This document shows positions 58,975-64,000 of a stretch of DNA of 64,000 bases, piece after piece (within the stretch, counting starts at the first letter, position 1; each line of letters starts with the position of its first letter). The position numbers were made by a program, and so were the translations under genes. Source of the stretch: the human T2T-CHM13v2.0 reference genome, Homo sapiens; assembly GCF_009914755.1 (NCBI RefSeq), contig NC_060927.1; one strand, given 5' to 3'. The notes under the pieces were generated by a model that saw only the letters and a list, made by a program, of their open reading frames with translations, was not told where the DNA came from and searched no databases.

Positions 58975-59146
58975 ATTATGTATAAGCATTGCGTTTTGAA
59001 ATAAACCCAGACTTCCTTTGTTGGAATCCCAGCTTACCTTCTAACTAGTGACATAACCTTGGGCAAGTTACTCAATCTCTCTGTGGCTTGGTTTTATCTT
59101 CTGTAAAATGGAATTAATAATAGTATCTTGCATCAGTGAGATAACG
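58975..59146 (+). mobile_element. MIR
   Basis: AACCTTGGGCAAGTTACTCAATCTCTCTGTGGCTTGGTTTTATCTTCTGTAAAATGGAATTAATAATAGTA core. Confidence 0.82.
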
Positions 59147-60356
59147 TTATTCCCCACTGATTCAATCTTACATTTACAAACTCCATATCCTAACCACCAC
59201 CAAGGACTTGAACAGGAAGCAAGACCCTGGCATAATGAACTGGTGGGAACAGAATACCAGAATGGGATAACATCAGAATTGGGAGCAAGAATGTGGAGCA
59301 GGCAGTAGTTGAGGGCCATGAGCAAATTCTATTGAATAATTTTGTTTAAGATTAGCTCTGAGCTTTCATCATTAAGACTTTTAATCAATCAGAGAAGTTA
59401 TATAAAGCTATTCTTCTATTAAGCCAGTGTATTTGGGCCCAAACCACATTCCCCAACAAATGGCTCCTGAGATGTTTTAGTTTAAATTTAGGAGTTCTAC
59501 TTTTTACAAATGGCTTCATAATCTATGAAAATGGTGCCATGGGGTGTACACAACTACTGGTAAATGATAAGCTGCTTCTAGTTAGTTAGTGCTGGAGTCT
59601 GCAGATAGCAAGGGCTGTGGATTATTTAATGTGATCAGTAATCTGACATGAAGAGACAGTATTTATCATTTCCATGCCTGAGCACAGCATCCTACTTGTC
59701 AGCATTCCACAGGCAAAAGCAAATGTTCTTGGGAAAAAGGCATTTTGCTAAACTTTTGCTCTGGTCAATACGTTTGGCTATTGCATTACAGACAGTACTA
59801 ATGGTTCTCTTTAAATAGGACAACCACATCAGACACCGCTTGCTACCAAAGTTATTTTTAAAAATCATACCTGCAGTTGCTTTCAGACTTCCATTTTTTA
59901 AGTTTAAAAGCTTCCCTTTGCATGATTAATGTGTTACTAAATACCAGGTGTGTGCTTTGTTAGAGATTCAGATAACAGTGCTTCAATACAATTTCCACCC
60001 TTGATGTTCTGTGACATATAAATGTGTGAAAGTCTCCTCACGCCCACTGTGGTGGTGGTTGTAATTACAATGTTTATTTTTGGAGTGAGTGAAGCCTGTA
60101 TGGTGACCATTAGAGACTTCCGAGCTGCCTCTGGAACATAAGCTGTTACCCCAGGATATGCAGAAAAAGATGGGGAGCAGATAGGCAGAGGCTTTAAAGA
60201 GAGCAGCCAATTTGTTACTTTCTGCGAGAAATGAATTTGAAGAGCCTCCTTGCTCTTTTCACCATGAGTTAGATTTGAGAATGTTTATACTTAACTATAT
60301 ATCTATTTAAGCATTTAAATTTAAATAAACATTTAAGAAATCATTTTAGAATAAAC

Positions 60357-60678
<322 letters not shown>

Positions 60679-61589
60679 AGAATAAATATTCTTAATAACT
60701 AAATTCTTGGCTACACTTCAGTAACTTTGTTTCTGATCCTTCCTAGGGAGTGAGTCAACAAATAGGGCTGTGCTGGAAGGGCTAGGCTGATAGCTGCTCA
60801 GTAAATCTCATCACGGTATGACTCTTCTGAATCTGAAGTCGACAGGTTTAAGCAAGGGGATATTTTGTAACTTAAAATATATTTAAATAACATCTGATGT
60901 ACATTTCCAGTCTTTGTGCATTCACATATATATTTATCTATTCAGCCTATTTTTATTGAGACAATGGTATGCCAGATACTCTGGAAGTCACCAGGGACAA
61001 GTGCAGAGCAAAAATGGGTATATCTGAGGCTTCACTGAAGTAACAGTCTAAATGTACATATTTATAATAACAAAGATGTCTATATTTGAAAAATATAAAA
61101 TTTGAGTCATACCGTATAGTTTTGAAAATCCCTCCTAAATTAACATGCTGTCTTAAGCATTTTCCTGGCAGCAGGAAGTAACAGGACATATCAGAGGCTA
61201 TAAGATAAGCCTTCTTGTTTTGTGTCAGCCAGTCTTCTGATATACAACAAAATCAAAATGTAAAGCAGCTTCCTTAGGTGCAAACAGTAGACTGCAGGGG
61301 CTGTTCAGCTAATTCCATCTTCTAGGAAAAGCCTGTTGTTGCGTAAAGAGTTTGGGCTCTTGGTTTCTGGTAGGCTGGCTCTCCATAATTGGAGGACTCC
61401 CTGCCTAAAAACTGCTTATGCCAGAAGGCACTGATGTCCAAGGTCTCCAGGAGAGCACTGTCTCCATTAAAAAACCGAGTCTCCCCAAGGCAATGACAGC
61501 ATTTCAGATTCCATCTGGTTGTTCACTAAACTTGTTTCCCTGTCATCCTGGGCAAAAAGTGAGACAATATTGTTCAGTCCTTTTGCATT

Positions 61590-61900
61590 AATGTGACCAC
61601 AAGACTGAGTTATACATCAGAATATGGATGCAGGTGATACATGCCATTCCCAGGCTTGGCCCATAAAAACCTTCCATGGAATCCATTACCCTCCCTCCCT
61701 TTCCTTGTCTATCAACTGGTTGATGAGTGTCAATACCCAGGAGGATTTTGAAGCCATTTGTTGAAGACGTCAGAGGAAGAGTACTCCTCCCCATCACCCA
61801 ACACCTCTTGAACTTTATATGAGAAATAAACTTTTATTGTTTTAAGCCACTGAGATTTAGGAGTTTCTCTTTTACAACAGTCAGTGTTATGTTAATCAGT
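61590..61900 (+). mobile_element. Old MLT1 (I/J-like) LTR fragment
   Basis: CCAGGCTTGGCCCATAAAAACCTTCCA and GAGAAATAAACTTTTATTGTTTTAAGCCACTGAGATTT end. Confidence 0.7.
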
Positions 61901-62184
61901 AACGACATAGAGATTTTTTTTTCAGTACTGCTCCTATAGAATTACTTTCTAACTGAAGACTCTCTCTAGTCAAAGTCTTAGTCAATACAGGATTCAAAAA
62001 AATATTGTTTGGCCTATTCTGTCATTTCCTTAATTATATGAAATGTCCTACACGTATTTGGTCATCATATCTGCCTCTGTTACCAAGATATAAGTAAACC
62101 ATTCTGGGCTACTGCAATAGCCTCCTATTTGGTCTTTCATCAGTCTCCCCTCCAATAATCTATAATTTATAAAAGTTTATGAAA

Positions 62185-62453
62185 CACTTTTTGATGTGGA
62201 CATTTAAGGCTATGAACTTTCCCCTTAGTACCGCCTTTGCTGTATCCCAGAGATTTTCATAGCTTGTGTCACTATTGTCGTTCAGGTAGAAGAATTTTTA
62301 AATTTCCATCTTGATTTCATTGTTGGCCCAATGATCATTCAGGAGTGTGCTATATAATTTCCATGTATTTGCATGGTTTTGAAGGTTCCTTTTGGAATTG
62401 ATTTCCAATTTTATTCCACTGTGGTCTGAGAGAGTACTTGATATAATTTCAAT
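62185..62453 (-). mobile_element. Inverted 5' segment of L1PB insertion (ORF2 endonuclease C-terminal region)
   Basis: Minus-strand translation IEIISSTLSDHSGIKLEINSKRNLQNHANTWKL..LLNDHW contains the L1 EN SDH motif; abuts left TSD AAAAGTTTATGAAA (62171-62184). Confidence 0.92.
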
Positions 62454-62509
62454 GTGGAACAGATCTAAATGTCCATCAATCAACGAGTGGATAAAGAAAC
62501 TGTGGTGTG

Positions 62510-62545
<36 letters not shown>

Positions 62546-63035
62546 TATATACACACATATATATATGATGGAATATGGATATATACATGTGGCATATACA
62601 TACATATATATGATGGAATATATATATATGTGGTATATACATACATATATATGATGGAATACTACTCAGCCATAAAAAGGAATGAATGCATGGCATTCAC
62701 ACCAACCTGTATGGGATTGGTGACTATTATTCTAAGAGAAGTAACTCAGGAATGGAAAACAAAACATTGTATGTTCTCACTCATAAGTGGGAGCTGAGCT
62801 ATGAGGATGCAAAGGCATAAGGATGACACAATAAACTTCAGGGACTCAGGGGGTAAGGATGGGAAGTAGGTAAGGGATAAAAGACTACAAATTGGGTTCA
62901 GTGTATACTGCTCAGGTGATGGTTGCACCAAAATCTCACAAATCACCACTAAATAACTTACTCATGTAACTGAACACCACCTGTTCCCCAAAATCCTATG
63001 GAAATAAAAAAATGGAAAAAAGAATGCAATATAAA
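62451..63035 (+). mobile_element. L1PB1-like 3' end (ORF2 C-terminus, 3' UTR, A-tail)
   Basis: MEYYSAIKRNE..VTQEWKTKHCMFSLISGS; L1PB 3' UTR GAGCTATGAGGATGCAAAGGCATAAG..GGGATAAAAGACTACAAATTGGG; right TSD at 63036-63049. Confidence 0.94.
62501..62661. repeat. L1-derived minisatellite with nested (TA)n/(CA)n
   Basis: Three copies of TGTGG..ATATATATGATGGAATA. Confidence 0.9.
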
Positions 63036-63360
63036 AAAAGTTTATGAAAAAAATCTGATAGTGAAATCCCTCTACTTCAAATAATTTGGGACTTACTATC
63101 TATAGTCCAAATTTCTTACTATGTCATTCGTCAACAATCAGACTCCAAGCCAGAGCTCTAGCCCTGTCTATTCATGGCTCCCTGAAAAAGTCAGACAGCC
63201 CCTCATCTGTGCTTTTGCTCATGATGTTCCTTCTGCCTAGAGTGCCTTCTCCTTCCACCTTTCCAGACCCAGCTCAAATGCCACTTCCTGGGTAAAGCTT
63301 TCTTTGACAGTCGCTGGATGGACAATAATTCTCTCCACTACATTCACATGTAGTTTATTC

Positions 63361-63510
63361 TTTTTTAATTTTCTTTCTTTTTTTTTTTTTTGTAGAGATG
63401 GGGTCTTGTTTTGTTGCCCAGCCTGGTCTCAAACTCTTGGGCTCAAGTAATCCTCCTGCCTTGGCCTCCCAAAGTGCTGGGATTACAGGTGTGAGCCACC
63501 ACACCCAGCC
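63361..63510 (-). mobile_element. FLAM_C / free left Alu monomer
   Basis: Single monomer GTAGAGATGGGGTCT..GGGCTCAAGTAATCCTCC..CACCCAGCC with T-tail; TSD TTATTCTT. Confidence 0.9.
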
Positions 63511-64000
63511 TTATTCTTACATTTACCTATTATTTGTGTATTTTTGTAGATGTCTCTACTATCAGATTCATACCTTTTGCAGACATGATTTGAGTCTAAT
63601 CCATCTTTCAGACTCAAGGCATTCAAGAAATATTTACTAAATAAAAAGTGAAGGAAGAGAAAGGAGAAGGAAGAAGTGGGAGGAATATGAATTATCAAGC
63701 AGTCTTCATGTACCCAGGAACTTGAGCTCCATGTTTCTTCCACAGAAGCAAAGAGACAAATCCTTGCATGACCTCCATACCCCTTTTACTAAGTATTTCC
63801 CTCATACACCCCAAACAAAATAAAAACAAAGAATTAGTCACTCAAAATCTCCCTATGACAAATTCTCAGATAAATGCTACCATTCTATGTTATCTCAATT
63901 TCTCTAGAGTTTTGCTTTTGAATAACTAGTGATTCTGTGTCACTCTCTGGTATATTAATTTAAAACGAATCTCCTCTTCACCTCCCCTCCAGCCATAAAA

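Noticed and set aside
62298-62797. ORFs with L1 ORF2 similarity
   Set aside because: Fragments of the rearranged L1PB read through a microsatellite; not a functional CDS.

Overview
AT-rich, CpG-depleted primate (very probably human) genomic DNA with the character of a large intron or intergenic region. I see no CpG island, recognisable protein-coding exon, or tRNA/rRNA/snRNA gene, and I cannot name the locus. The supplied ORFs are chance frames or translations of Alu, L1 and microsatellite sequence. Content is dominated by interspersed repeats: about 20 Alu/FLAM copies (many with target-site duplications, TSDs), several L1 fragments, solo LTRs (MER41A, THE1D, MLT1, MLT2), DNA transposon relics (MADE1, MER1A, MER5A), old MIR/L2/L3, and tandem repeats. 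I found no convincing new biological system. The most notable items are a TSD-bounded, 5'-inverted L1PB joining the ORF2 endonuclease region to the ORF2 C-terminus (~2.7 kb missing), a MADE1 (miR-548-type) hairpin with a poly-T loop, a MER41A LTR lacking a TSD and carrying a gained splice donor, a micro-inversion inside an L1MA, a perfect 3x52-bp repeat, and several candidate enhancers and cryptic non-coding exons. Subfamily calls come from remembered consensus features, not a RepeatMasker run.
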